A stretch of DNA of 64,000 nucleotides, taken from assembly GCA_021806605.1 (NCBI GenBank), contig JAJZQY010000001.1, positions 16,937-80,936 of the forward strand, in the 5' to 3' direction. Within the stretch, counting starts at the first letter, position 1. Each line of letters opens with the position of its first letter. The DNA is from Pseudomonadota bacterium. Lineage in GTDB: Bacteria > Pseudomonadota > Gammaproteobacteria > Burkholderiales > JABEVD01. Both the position numbers and the translations under genes were made by a program. The notes below the pieces were generated by a model. The model had not been told where the DNA came from and searched no databases. It saw only the letters and a list, made by a program, of their open reading frames with translations. Shown one piece after another: positions 1-9,590 of this stretch.

Positions 1-899
1 TCCAGCTTGCTGCGATCTTCGCTGTCCAGAAAAATCTTCTCCAGGGCGACCACATCGATTTTCCCGGCCACATAAAGAAATTCCGCCCACATGAAAAAAA
101 GGATGCAGGCCAAGTAGACCCAGATCAGCACGAAAATGATGTCGCCAAGCGCGCCGTAAAGGGTGATGTATTTGTCGATTTTCACGACATGGGTGAGCAC
201 CGCTTCCAGCGCGTACAGGGACAATGTGCACAACAGGCTGTAGAGCAGGGTCGGCAGAATTTCCGGCCTGATCAGGGGCATCTGGAAATAGAGCAGAAAA
301 ACGACCGACCATATTCCCATAAAGGGAGTGAACAAGCCTATCGACACGAAGAACAGCTTCAGCAACTGTCCGAGAATGGGCAGGTTCAGCGCAGCATAAT
401 CGAAATGATTGAGCAGATAGTCGCCGAGAACGGTGATCCCCAGCAGCAGGAAAATGAAAGGGATGGACATCAGCGAAATGAGGCTGGAAAGGATCAGGTT
501 GCGTCTGCTCGAATCCGTGAAAATGACTGCGAACGCATTATGCACCGATTTCATCAACCCCTTGGAACTCCATAGCAGCAGCAGTATCCCCAGCCCATTG
601 GTGATGCCCACCAGGCTGGAAACGGCACGGATTATCTGCTCCGGATTCTGACTGAAAATCTGGAGATGCGCACGCTCGACAAGCGTGCCGAATGCTTCAC
701 TGAGCTCAGGGTAATTCTGAAGGTAGGTATTGAGCAAGTAAACGAGCAGCACCATCAGGGGCGCAAGGGAAAGCAGCGCATAATAGGCTACCGCCGCAGC
801 ATGATTCGGCACCTTCGATTTGAAAAACAGATTCAATGTGACGTAGCTGACCTGGGCAAGCCAGTTGGCGCGATCACGTATCGTCTTGACCACGGTCAT
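1..899 (-). CDS. YihY/virulence factor BrkB family inner membrane protein (3' end outside window)
   Basis: Manual translation from ATG at 899: MTVVKTIRDRANWLAQVSYVTLNLFFKSKVPNHAAAVAYYALLSLAPL..., the YihY 'AA.AYY.LLSL.PL' signature followed by hydrophobic helices; not in the ORF track because it runs off the window. Confidence 0.8.
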   Translation of the reverse strand, partial: MTVVKTIRDRANWLAQVSYVTLNLFFKSKVPNHAAAVAYYALLSLAPLMVLLVYLLNTYLQNYPELSEAFGTLVERAHLQIFSQNPEQIIRAVSSLVGITNGLGILLLLWSSKGLMKSVHNAFAVIFTDSSRRNLILSSLISLMSIPFIFLLLGITVLGDYLLNHFDYAALNLPILGQLLKLFFVSIGLFTPFMGIWSVVFLLYFQMPLIRPEILPTLLYSLLCTLSLYALEAVLTHVVKIDKYITLYGALGDIIFVLIWVYLACILFFMWAEFLYVAGKIDVVALEKIFLDSEDRSKL

Positions 900-902
900 T
901 TC

Positions 903-1367
903 CTAGAATAATGTGCCTGCGCCATCGAATCTTCTTGCGAAATAGCCTGAAGAAAGATTGCTGATCTTGATTTTCCCATCGGTTCCCGGTGCGTGGACAA
1001 ATCTGCCGTTCCCAATATAGATCCCCACATGGGAATAGTGCCGATGCTGCGTATCGAAAAAAACCAGATCGCCTGGCTTGAGCGCTGCAGGTTCGATTTT
1101 TCTTGCCATCTTTTCGATCCTGGAAGCATTGTGCGGCAAGTCCATGCCCACCGCATTTTTATAGATATAACTGACCATGCCGCTGCAATCGAGGCCGCTC
1201 GAAGGGTTTTTTCCCCCGAAGCGGTAGTCCACCCCCATCAGTCCGAGTGCATAAAGTACTACCTCGTCGCGCATCCCCGTCTGCGGCGGGGCAGCTTCCT
1301 GTTTCCGAACCGGAGCCTCCCCGCATCCTGCGGCAAGCAGCACGATGAGCAAAATCAGGTACTTCAT
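903..1367 (-). CDS. NlpC/P60 (C40) peptidoglycan endopeptidase lipoprotein
   Basis: Lipobox LAAGC; DCSG catalytic Cys, PGDLVFF, HVGIYIG, FVHA motifs. Confidence 0.92.
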   Translation of the reverse strand: MKYLILLIVLLAAGCGEAPVRKQEAAPPQTGMRDEVVLYALGLMGVDYRFGGKNPSSGLDCSGMVSYIYKNAVGMDLPHNASRIEKMARKIEPAALKPGDLVFFDTQHRHYSHVGIYIGNGRFVHAPGTDGKIKISNLSSGYFARRFDGAGTLF

Positions 1368-2398
1368 TAACCGACTTTTATCCTCGCTTCGCCTTCGACC
1401 AGGCGCCCTATCTTTCGGGCATGATCGAACCCGCTCGTCCTGAAAAGTTCGAGCACCTCGCTTTCTGCCTCAGGTGCGCAAGCCACCAGCAATCCGCCGC
1501 TCGTTTGAGGATCGCAGAGCATTTTCCTTTGCCATTCCTGAATCGCCCCATCGATGGCGACTTCTTCTCCGAAGCTCGCCCAGTTGCGTTCAACCGCCCC
1601 AGGTGCAATGCCTTGCATGCAGAGCTGCTTCGCCTCGGAAAAAACCGGAACCCGATCGAAATCAATGGCAGCGCCGAGGCTCGAGCCTCGGCAAATCTCC
1701 AGAAGATGACCGAGCAGACCGAATCCTGTGACATCGGTCAGGGCATGCACTCCCTCCAGCTCGGCAAGCTGCATCCCGGGCGTATTGAGCTGCGTTGTGC
1801 TTGCCAGCATGCTTCGATATCCTTCCTGGGTCAATTCCCCCTTCTTGAGGGCTGCGCTCAGTATGCCGATGCCCAGCGCCTTGCCAAGAATCAGAACGTC
1901 CCCTGCCTTGGCGCGGTCGTTCCTCTTGATTTTCTGCGGGTGCACGATGCCCATCACGGCGAGCCCATAAATGGGCTCGGGAGAATCGATCGAATGCCCG
2001 CCAGCCACGGGAATGCCGGCAAGCGCGCATACCGACTCTCCGCCATCCAGGATTTGTCTCATGGTTTCGGCGGGAAGCTTGTCTATGGGCATCCCGACAA
2101 TGGCAAGCGCCATGACGGGCCTTGCACCCATCGCATAAATATCCGATATCGCATTGGTTGCCGCGATTCTCCCGAAATCCCTTGCATCGTCAACGATGGG
2201 CATGAAGAAATCGGTCGTTGCGACGATCGCCTGATCGTCGTTGATGCGATAAACTGCTGCATCGTCGCTCGAATCTTTCCCGACCAGCAGATCGGGGTAA
2301 AATGCGGAGGATTTCGAAAGGAGTTCGCGCAGCAGGGAAGGAGCGATTTTGCATCCGCATCCCCCTCCGTGAGAGAATTTCGTGAGTTTAATTTGCAT
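1367..2398 (-). CDS. selD: Selenide, water dikinase (selenophosphate synthetase), Cys form
   Basis: MQIKLTKFSHGGGCGCKI N-terminus, DDAAVY, TTDFFMPIVDD, GGHS, TDVTGFGLLGH, DPQTSGGLL; start trimmed to ATG 2398. Confidence 0.96.
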   Translation of the reverse strand: MQIKLTKFSHGGGCGCKIAPSLLRELLSKSSAFYPDLLVGKDSSDDAAVYRINDDQAIVATTDFFMPIVDDARDFGRIAATNAISDIYAMGARPVMALAIVGMPIDKLPAETMRQILDGGESVCALAGIPVAGGHSIDSPEPIYGLAVMGIVHPQKIKRNDRAKAGDVLILGKALGIGILSAALKKGELTQEGYRSMLASTTQLNTPGMQLAELEGVHALTDVTGFGLLGHLLEICRGSSLGAAIDFDRVPVFSEAKQLCMQGIAPGAVERNWASFGEEVAIDGAIQEWQRKMLCDPQTSGGLLVACAPEAESEVLELFRTSGFDHARKIGRLVEGEARIKVG

Positions 2399-2412
2399 TT
2401 CCGGATGGTTCT

Positions 2413-3459
2413 TTGAAAATTCTGAGCAGCCCAACCCTAGCACAATTATCCGAATTTGACGAGGTCATCGACGTGCGCTCGCCCGCCGAATTCGAGGCCG
2501 ATCACATTCCCGGCGCAACCAGCCATCCTGTGCTGAACGACGAGGAAAGGGCCAGAGTCGGCACCCTTTATGTCCAGGAATCCCCTTTCCTGGCGAAGAA
2601 AATCGGCGCGGCGATCGTATCCCGCAACATTGCCCATCATCTCGAAAGCAGCTTCATCGACAAACCAAAATCATGGCGCCCTCTGGTGTATTGCTGGCGC
2701 GGCGGAAAACGCAGCGGCGCCATGGCGCACATCCTTTCCGAAATCGGCTGGCAAACCACAAGACTCGAAGGCGGATACAAGGCTTACCGCAAAATGGTGC
2801 TGGAAGCGCTCGAAGCTTTGCCCGGGCGCTTCGAGTTCAGGGTAATCTGCGGACCGACCGGCTGTGGCAAAAGCAGGCTTCTGGATGCACTCGCCAAACT
2901 GGGCGAACAGGTGCTGAACCTCGAAGAAATCGCGCGCCACAGAGGTTCCGTACTGGGGAGAATGCCGGGGCTGGAACAGCCGAGCCAGAAATATTTCGAA
3001 AGCTGCATCTGCTCGATGCTTTCAGGATTCGACCCGGCAAGGCCCGTTTACATCGAATCGGAAAGCAAGAAAATCGGGGGCTTGCGCGTACCCCAGGCGC
3101 TCATGGAAGCCATGTGGAAAGGCCGCTGCATCCGCCTGGACGCAGGCATCACGGTCAGAAATGCGATCCTCGCGGAAGATTATCGGCATTTTTTCAGCCA
3201 GCCGGAAGCCCTCCTCGAAAAACTGGATTGCCTCGCTCCGCTGCATGGGGGAAAAACGATCGAATCATGGCAAGCCATGATCGAACGCTGCGACTGGGAC
3301 AATCTCGTCGCATCGCTTCTCGAAAGGCACTACGATCCGGCCTACCGGAAATCCATCGAGAAGCATTACGAGAACTATTCCGAGATATCCGTTATCGAAG
3401 TGCCCTCTCCCGAAGAATCGACATTCACGACCCTTGCAGGGAAGATTCGGGCTGATTAA
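2413..3459 (+). CDS. selU: tRNA 2-selenouridine synthase
   Basis: Rhodanese domain (IDVRSPAEF, YCWRGGKRS) plus P-loop GPTGCGKS and HRGSVLG; adjacent to selD; TTG start. Confidence 0.95.
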   Translation: MKILSSPTLAQLSEFDEVIDVRSPAEFEADHIPGATSHPVLNDEERARVGTLYVQESPFLAKKIGAAIVSRNIAHHLESSFIDKPKSWRPLVYCWRGGKRSGAMAHILSEIGWQTTRLEGGYKAYRKMVLEALEALPGRFEFRVICGPTGCGKSRLLDALAKLGEQVLNLEEIARHRGSVLGRMPGLEQPSQKYFESCICSMLSGFDPARPVYIESESKKIGGLRVPQALMEAMWKGRCIRLDAGITVRNAILAEDYRHFFSQPEALLEKLDCLAPLHGGKTIESWQAMIERCDWDNLVASLLERHYDPAYRKSIEKHYENYSEISVIEVPSPEESTFTTLAGKIRAD

Positions 3460-3471
3460 TGTCCCCCCGGA

Positions 3472-3480
3472 TGGTATAAT
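3472..3480 (+). promoter_or_regulatory. Extended -10 element upstream of arnT
   Basis: TGGTATAAT (TGn-TATAAT) about 50 nt before the arnT ATG. Confidence 0.45.
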
Positions 3481-3528
3481 TTTGAAATTTGCCGCGAACA
3501 CCCCGGAAAGCGAAGTCCGAGCCTGCCC

Positions 3529-5163
3529 ATGCCCAACGCAATCAAACGTAACCACGTCTTCTGGATTTTCGCGCTGGTCGCACTGGTCTGGTTCAGCAAC
3601 CTGGACTACCGCAAGCTTGTCAGACCCGACGAGGGACGCTATGCGGAGATATCGAGAGAAATGGTGGCTACAGGCGATTGGGTGACGCCGCGCCTCAATG
3701 GCATCAAATACTTCGAGAAGCCCGCATTGCAGTACTGGATGACAGCGGCAGCTTATGAACTCTTCGGCGAGCACCAATGGACGGCAAGGCTGTGGAGCGG
3801 CCTGACCGGTTTTCTCGGCATATTGCTGACCTATCTCACCGGCAGGCGCCTGTTCGGGGCCGAAGCCGGGTTCTATTCCGCGCTCGTCCTGGCGAGCAGC
3901 GTGCTTTATGCAGTGATAGGCCACATCAATACGCTGGACATGGGGGTCACATTCTTCATGAGCCTCAGCATGTCGGGCTTCCTGCTCGCCCAGGCCGCCC
4001 CCCTGCAGAGAAAATTCTGGATGCACGTCGCCTGGGCTGCAATGGGATTCTCCATCCTGAGCAAGGGATTGATCGGCATTGTCCTGCCCGGGGCGGTGCT
4101 CGTGCTCTACACGCTATGGCAGCGCGATTGGGGGATCTGGAAGCGGATCAGTCTGCCCACAGGGATCCTCCTGATGCTGTTGATCAGCGCACCCTGGTTC
4201 ATCGCAGTCTGCAAGGCGAATCCCGAATTTTTCCATTTCTTTTTCATCCACGAACATTTCGAGCGCTTCCTGACCAAGGAACACGGGCGCTACCACCCCT
4301 GGTATTACTTTGTCCCGATTCTCCTGGCAGGCATGCTGCCGTGGATCGGCGCACTTCTCCCGTCTTTTTTCGGATCAATGAGGGCAATGGGAAATAGCCG
4401 GGAATTCCAGCCAGGGCGCTTCCTGTTCGTCTGGATTGCCTTCATTTATTTCTTTTTTTCCATATCCGACTCGAAGCTTCCCTCCTACATCCTGCCGATT
4501 TTTCCGGCTCTGGCGCTGCTCATCGGCAACCGGCTTTCCGAAATGGACGGACGCAGACTGCTCTGGCATTTCATTCCCATCGCGATGATTGGCGCAGCAG
4601 GACTCGCTCTTTCTCCAGAAGTCGTCCGCCTTGCCGACCCCATCGTGCCGGTTGCGCTCTACCGCAATTATGTGCCCTGGCTTGAGGGGGCTTCTGCGGT
4701 TGCCCTGATCGGCGCGCTTTATGCGGCATATCGGAGCCGCCTGGGTGCAAAAAGGCCTGCGATCATCGCCATGTCCCTGTCGATGCTGATTTGCAGTCAA
4801 CTGATTCTGGCCGGGCACAACAGCCTTGCCCCTTCGAATTCGGCCTATTATCTCGCCCAGGAAATCAAGCCTTATCTGAAGGACGGTGCGCCTTTTTACA
4901 GCGTCGCCATGTACGAACAGACCCTCCCCTTCTACATCAAGCGCACCGTCACCCTGGTCGCCTACCAGGATGAAATGGCCTTCGGCATCGAGCAGGAGCC
5001 GAAGAAATGGATTCCGGACATCGAATCCTTCGAAGCCATCTGGAAAAAACAGCCCTATGCGCTTGCAATCATGTCGCCTCAACTGTACGCTCAGCTTGAA
5101 AATCAGCTGCCGATGCAGCTCATCGCACAGGACACGAGGCGCGTCGTAGTGAAAACCCCATGA
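3529..5163 (+). CDS. arnT: Lipid A 4-amino-4-deoxy-L-arabinose transferase (GT83/PMT-like)
   Basis: PDEGRYAEISREM, YFEKP motifs, multiple TM helices, arn cluster context. Confidence 0.92.
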   Translation: MPNAIKRNHVFWIFALVALVWFSNLDYRKLVRPDEGRYAEISREMVATGDWVTPRLNGIKYFEKPALQYWMTAAAYELFGEHQWTARLWSGLTGFLGILLTYLTGRRLFGAEAGFYSALVLASSVLYAVIGHINTLDMGVTFFMSLSMSGFLLAQAAPLQRKFWMHVAWAAMGFSILSKGLIGIVLPGAVLVLYTLWQRDWGIWKRISLPTGILLMLLISAPWFIAVCKANPEFFHFFFIHEHFERFLTKEHGRYHPWYYFVPILLAGMLPWIGALLPSFFGSMRAMGNSREFQPGRFLFVWIAFIYFFFSISDSKLPSYILPIFPALALLIGNRLSEMDGRRLLWHFIPIAMIGAAGLALSPEVVRLADPIVPVALYRNYVPWLEGASAVALIGALYAAYRSRLGAKRPAIIAMSLSMLICSQLILAGHNSLAPSNSAYYLAQEIKPYLKDGAPFYSVAMYEQTLPFYIKRTVTLVAYQDEMAFGIEQEPKKWIPDIESFEAIWKKQPYALAIMSPQLYAQLENQLPMQLIAQDTRRVVVKTP

Positions 5164-5531
5164 ATCCGACCAGCTTTCTACTGATACTCACCGGCGTTCT
5201 GCTCAATGCGGCAGCACAATTGCTGCTCAAGGCAGGAACCAATGCCGTGGGCACTTTCGCTTTCAGCAGGGGCAACATCCTGCCCATAGGCTGGCAGATC
5301 GCCACCCAGCCCCCGATCATCGGGGGGCTCGCCTGCTATGGCATATCCGTGATCGTGTGGATCATGGCATTGTCCAGGGTCGAGGTCAGCATCGCCTATC
5401 CGATGCTCTCCATCGGCTATGTGATCAATGCCTTCGCAGCCTGGTATCTTTTCGGCGAAAATCTTTCGATATCGCGGCTTTTAGGCATAGGGATCATCAT
5501 CCTCGGCGTTTACATCGTGTCAAGAAGCTAA
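5160..5531 (+). CDS. Undecaprenyl-P-L-Ara4N flippase subunit (SMR/EamA, ArnE/F/G-like)
   Basis: 4-TM protein, AQLLLKAG and SIAYPMLS motifs; ATGA overlap with arnT. Confidence 0.85.
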   Translation: MNPTSFLLILTGVLLNAAAQLLLKAGTNAVGTFAFSRGNILPIGWQIATQPPIIGGLACYGISVIVWIMALSRVEVSIAYPMLSIGYVINAFAAWYLFGENLSISRLLGIGIIILGVYIVSRS

Positions 5532-5569
5532 TGTCGATTGACAGAATCGTTTTATAATAAACTGAAATT

Positions 5570-6679
5570 ATGGACTATTTGCCATTCACAAAACCTTTTC
5601 TGGACGACGCGACGATACAGGGCGTTGCGGAGGTATTGCGCTCGGGTTGGCTCGCAACCGGGCCCAATGTCGCCGAATTCGAATCGAAGCTTTCCGAGTA
5701 TCTGGGCGGGCGCATCGTGAAAAGCTTCACTTCCGCAACCGGCGCACTCGAAGTTGCGCTCGAGGTTTGCGGAATCGGCCCCGGAGACGAGGTCATCACG
5801 CCTGCCATGAGCTTCGCCGCCACACCCAATGTGATCATGCGGGTCGGCGCGAAGCCGATTTTCGTCGATGTCGACATCGTTACGCGCAATATCGACCTGG
5901 ATCAGGTCGAGCGCGCCATCACTTCCAAAACCCGCGCCATCATGCCGGTGCATTTCGCGGGCCTCGCGGTCGACTGCGACAGGCTCTACGATATTGCCAG
6001 AAGGCATGGCCTCAGGGTGATCGAGGATGCCGCGCATGCGATCGGGACATCCTGGCAAGGCCGAAAAATCGGCAGTTTCGGCGATATCGTGTCGTTCAGC
6101 TTCCATCCCAACAAGAACATGACCACCATAGAGGGCGGCGCGCTGAGTCTTGCCGATCCAGCCGAGGCAAAAAAACTGGATCGGCTGCGTTTTCACGGGA
6201 TCGCAAAAGACGAGGAAGGGAACCAGGATGTCGTGGTTCCCGGGGGGAAATACAACCTTTCCGATGTCGCCGCCAGAGTCGGCATTGGGCAACTCGCGCA
6301 TCTGGATGCCTTCAACGAAAAGCGCAGGCTTCTCGCCGAGCATTATCTCGATCGCTGGGCTATCGAAGACTGTCTGCTGCCCGCAACAGGCGAAGGCCAC
6401 AGCTGGCACATGTTCGCCCCGTTGATTCCTTTCGAACGCCTTAACCTTGACAGAAAAGCATTCATCGGAAAAATGCACGAACAGGCCATTGGCGTCGGCA
6501 TCCATTATCCCGCCCTGCACCTCTTCAGCCTTTACCGGAAACAGGGATATAAGGAGGGCGACTTTCCCAACGCCGAGCGCATCGGACGCGAAACCGTGAC
6601 CCTGCCGCTTTATCCCATGATGACGCCTGCCGATGTCGAGCGGGTGTGCTCCGCCGCCGCAAGGATACTGAAGTCATGA
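5570..6679 (+). CDS. arnB: UDP-4-amino-4-deoxy-L-arabinose aminotransferase (DegT/DnrJ family)
   Basis: EDAAHAIG, SFHPNKNMTTIEGG (PLP Lys); cluster context. Confidence 0.9.
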   Translation: MDYLPFTKPFLDDATIQGVAEVLRSGWLATGPNVAEFESKLSEYLGGRIVKSFTSATGALEVALEVCGIGPGDEVITPAMSFAATPNVIMRVGAKPIFVDVDIVTRNIDLDQVERAITSKTRAIMPVHFAGLAVDCDRLYDIARRHGLRVIEDAAHAIGTSWQGRKIGSFGDIVSFSFHPNKNMTTIEGGALSLADPAEAKKLDRLRFHGIAKDEEGNQDVVVPGGKYNLSDVAARVGIGQLAHLDAFNEKRRLLAEHYLDRWAIEDCLLPATGEGHSWHMFAPLIPFERLNLDRKAFIGKMHEQAIGVGIHYPALHLFSLYRKQGYKEGDFPNAERIGRETVTLPLYPMMTPADVERVCSAAARILKS

Positions 6680-7608
6680 TCGAACTGTCGGTCATCATCC
6701 CGGTCTACAACGAGGAACAGGGGCTCCAGTCCCTGTTCGACAGGCTCTACCCCGCCCTCGATGCGCTGGACAGACCCTATGAAATCATCTTCATCAACGA
6801 TGGCAGCCGGGATCGCTCGGCAATGCTCCTCAAGAACCAGTTCGAAACGCGCAAGGATGTTACCCGCGTCATCCTGCTCAAGGGCAACTTCGGGCAGCAT
6901 ATGGCCATCATGGCTGGATTCGAGCAGGTGCGGGGGAAATATATCGTCACCCTGGATGCTGATCTGCAAAACCCCCCCGAGGAAATAGGCAAGCTTCTGG
7001 AGAAGATGGACGAAGGTCACGACTATGTCGGCTCGATCAGGAAAAATCGTCAGGATGATCTGTGGCGCAGCATTGCATCGCGCATGATGAACCGCCTGAG
7101 GGAGCGCATCACCAAAATCAAGATGACCGACCAGGGATGCATGCTGCGCGCCTACAGCCGCAGCATCATCGATGCGATCAATTCCGCACGCGAAATCAAT
7201 ACGTTCATTCCTGCGCTCGCCTATACCTTTGCGAGCAACCCGACCGAGATCGAGGTCGAGCACGAGGAGCGGACCGCAGGAGAGTCGAAATATTCGCTCT
7301 ACAGCCTGATCCGACTCAATTTCGATCTCATGACAGGATTTTCGGTCGTCCCGCTCCAGGTGTTTTCCCTTTCCGGCATCCTGATATCCCTGCTTTCGAC
7401 GCTGTTCGTCGTCTACCTTGCAATCCGGCGCCTTATCGTGGGCCCTGAAGTGGAAGGCGTGTTCACCCTCTTCGGCATCGTTTTCTTCTTCATCGGCATC
7501 ATCCTGTTCGGAATCGGCATCCTGGGCGAATATGTCGGCAGGATCTATCAGGAAGTGCGGCACAGGCCAAGATACCTGATCGAGGCTATTCTGGAAGGAA
7601 AAGGGTGA
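6676..7608 (+). CDS. arnC: Undecaprenyl-phosphate L-Ara4FN transferase (GT2)
   Basis: IPVYNEE, NDGSRD, NFGQHMA, DADLQNPPEE, two C-terminal TM helices. Confidence 0.92.
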   Translation: MIELSVIIPVYNEEQGLQSLFDRLYPALDALDRPYEIIFINDGSRDRSAMLLKNQFETRKDVTRVILLKGNFGQHMAIMAGFEQVRGKYIVTLDADLQNPPEEIGKLLEKMDEGHDYVGSIRKNRQDDLWRSIASRMMNRLRERITKIKMTDQGCMLRAYSRSIIDAINSAREINTFIPALAYTFASNPTEIEVEHEERTAGESKYSLYSLIRLNFDLMTGFSVVPLQVFSLSGILISLLSTLFVVYLAIRRLIVGPEVEGVFTLFGIVFFFIGIILFGIGILGEYVGRIYQEVRHRPRYLIEAILEGKG

Positions 7609-8525
7609 TGCGCGCAGTCGTTTTCGGCTATCACGACGTGGGGGTGCGCTGCCTTCAGGTGCTGCTCGCCCAAAATATCGACGTGGCCCTCGTCGTCACG
7701 CACGAAGACAATCCCGATGAATCGATCTGGTTCGAAAGCCTGGCAGAGCTCGCCGCACTCCACGACATCCCCGTCATCAAACCCTCCGACCCCAACACGC
7801 CCGAGGTGATCGACGCTGTCGCCGCCTTGCGCCCCGATTTCATATTCTCCTTCTACTACCGGCTGATGCTGAAGGCGGAACTGCTCGCCCTTCCCAAACA
7901 CGGCGCCTACAACATGCACGGCTCGCTTCTTCCCAAATACCGAGGCAGAGTGCCGGTCAACTGGGCCATCATCAAAGGCGAAACGGAAACAGGCGCGACG
8001 CTGCACAGGATGACCGAAAAACCCGACAACGGAGACATTATCGACCAGAGTGCAGTTCCCATTCTGCCAAACGACACGGCAGCCGAGGTTTTCAAGAAAG
8101 TGACCTGCGCAGCGGAAATTACCCTGCACCGGGCTTTGCCGAAGCTCGTATCCGGCAATGCGGCATTTCATCAACAGAATCTCAGCCTGGGTGGCTATTT
8201 CGGCGGACGTCGTGCCGAGGATGGAAAAATAAGCTGGCTTGAATCCGCGCAGACCATCCACAATCTGGTGCGGGCGGTCGCGCCACCCTATCCCGGCGCG
8301 TTTTCTCATATCGGAGGCATGAAGCTGAGCCTTTTCAGAACACTCGTCGAAAGCCGTGCCCCTCGTTCTGCCCGCCCCTCCCTCTATTGCGAGAACGGAC
8401 GCTGCTACGCCGACTGCGGCGGTGGCGGCGTATTGAGACTGGTGTCTTTCGAAATCGACGGCGAAACAGCGGATGCGGACATGCTGGCGAAAAAATTCGG
8501 AACCGCCTCCCTTTCCCTAATTTAA
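7605..8525 (+). CDS. UDP-L-Ara4N formyltransferase (stand-alone ArnA N-terminal domain)
   Basis: NMHGSLLPKYRGR formyltransferase motif, YPGAF; cluster context. Confidence 0.9.
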   Translation: MMRAVVFGYHDVGVRCLQVLLAQNIDVALVVTHEDNPDESIWFESLAELAALHDIPVIKPSDPNTPEVIDAVAALRPDFIFSFYYRLMLKAELLALPKHGAYNMHGSLLPKYRGRVPVNWAIIKGETETGATLHRMTEKPDNGDIIDQSAVPILPNDTAAEVFKKVTCAAEITLHRALPKLVSGNAAFHQQNLSLGGYFGGRRAEDGKISWLESAQTIHNLVRAVAPPYPGAFSHIGGMKLSLFRTLVESRAPRSARPSLYCENGRCYADCGGGGVLRLVSFEIDGETADADMLAKKFGTASLSLI

Positions 8526-8543
8526 AAACCTCCAAGGATAATC

Positions 8544-9590
8544 ATGAAAAAAATTCTGATACTCGGCGTGAACGGATTCATCGGTCACCATCTTTCCAAA
8601 CGCATCATCGAAACCACAGAGTGGGAAGTGTACGGCATGGACATGCAGACCGACCGCATTGCCGATCTGCTCGACCATCCGCGCTTCCACTTCTTCGAGG
8701 GCGACATCACCATCAACCGCGAATGGATCGAATACCATGTCAAGAAATGCGACACCGTTCTGCCGCTTGTCGCCATCGCAACCCCTGCAACCTACGTCAA
8801 GGAACCCCTCAAGGTTTTCGAACTCGATTTCGAGGCGAATCTGCCCATCGTCCGGGCTTGCGTCAAGTACAAGAAGCGCGTGGTCTTTCCTTCGACCTCG
8901 GAAGTCTACGGCATGTGCAAGGATGGCGAGTTCGACCCCGACCATTCCGAGCTGATCCTGGGACCCATCAACAAGCCGAGATGGATCTATTCCTGCAGCA
9001 AGCAGCTCATGGATCGCGTGATCTGGGCCTATGCCATGCAGGACGGGCTCGATTTCACCCTGTTCAGGCCTTTCAACTGGATCGGCGAGGGACTCGACAG
9101 CATCTATACGCAAAAGGAAGGCAGTTCCCGCGTCATCACCCAGTTTCTCGGCCATATCGTTCGCGGAGAGAACATCAAGCTGGTCGACGGGGGTACGCAG
9201 AAACGCGCATTCACCTACATCGACGACGGCATTGACGCCCTGATGAAAATCATCGACAACAAGGACGGCGTCGCCTCCGGCCAGATCTACAATATCGGCA
9301 ACCCCAAAAACAACTATTCGGTCAAGGAACTGGCGAAAATGATGCTGGACCTCGCCTACACCTATCCCGAATACGAGCCTTCCGCGAGAAAAGTTCAGGT
9401 GATCGAGACGACCTCGGCCGAATATTACGGAAAAGGCTATCAGGACGTGCAAAACCGCGTCCCGAAAATCGACAATACCTGCCGCGATCTGGGTTGGCAA
9501 CCGAGCGTGACGATGCAGGATGCGCTCGTCAACATTTACGAAGCCTACCGGGGTCATGTCAACGAGGCCCGCAAACTCGTCGACGCATGA
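8544..9590 (+). CDS. UDP-glucuronate oxidase/decarboxylase (stand-alone ArnA C-terminal domain)
   Basis: GVNGFIG, PSTSEVYG, RWIYSCSK (YxxxK), RPFNWIG, YQDVQNRVP. Confidence 0.93.
   Translation: MKKILILGVNGFIGHHLSKRIIETTEWEVYGMDMQTDRIADLLDHPRFHFFEGDITINREWIEYHVKKCDTVLPLVAIATPATYVKEPLKVFELDFEANLPIVRACVKYKKRVVFPSTSEVYGMCKDGEFDPDHSELILGPINKPRWIYSCSKQLMDRVIWAYAMQDGLDFTLFRPFNWIGEGLDSIYTQKEGSSRVITQFLGHIVRGENIKLVDGGTQKRAFTYIDDGIDALMKIIDNKDGVASGQIYNIGNPKNNYSVKELAKMMLDLAYTYPEYEPSARKVQVIETTSAEYYGKGYQDVQNRVPKIDNTCRDLGWQPSVTMQDALVNIYEAYRGHVNEARKLVDA

Noticed and set aside
2340..2398. Selenocysteine in SelD
   Set aside because: Active site reads GGGCGCK with Cys codons; no in-frame TGA
5538..5563. Canonical sigma70 promoter before arnB
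   Set aside because: TTGACA and TATAAT are both present but only 9 nt apart; an internal promoter is plausible but not definable from sequence
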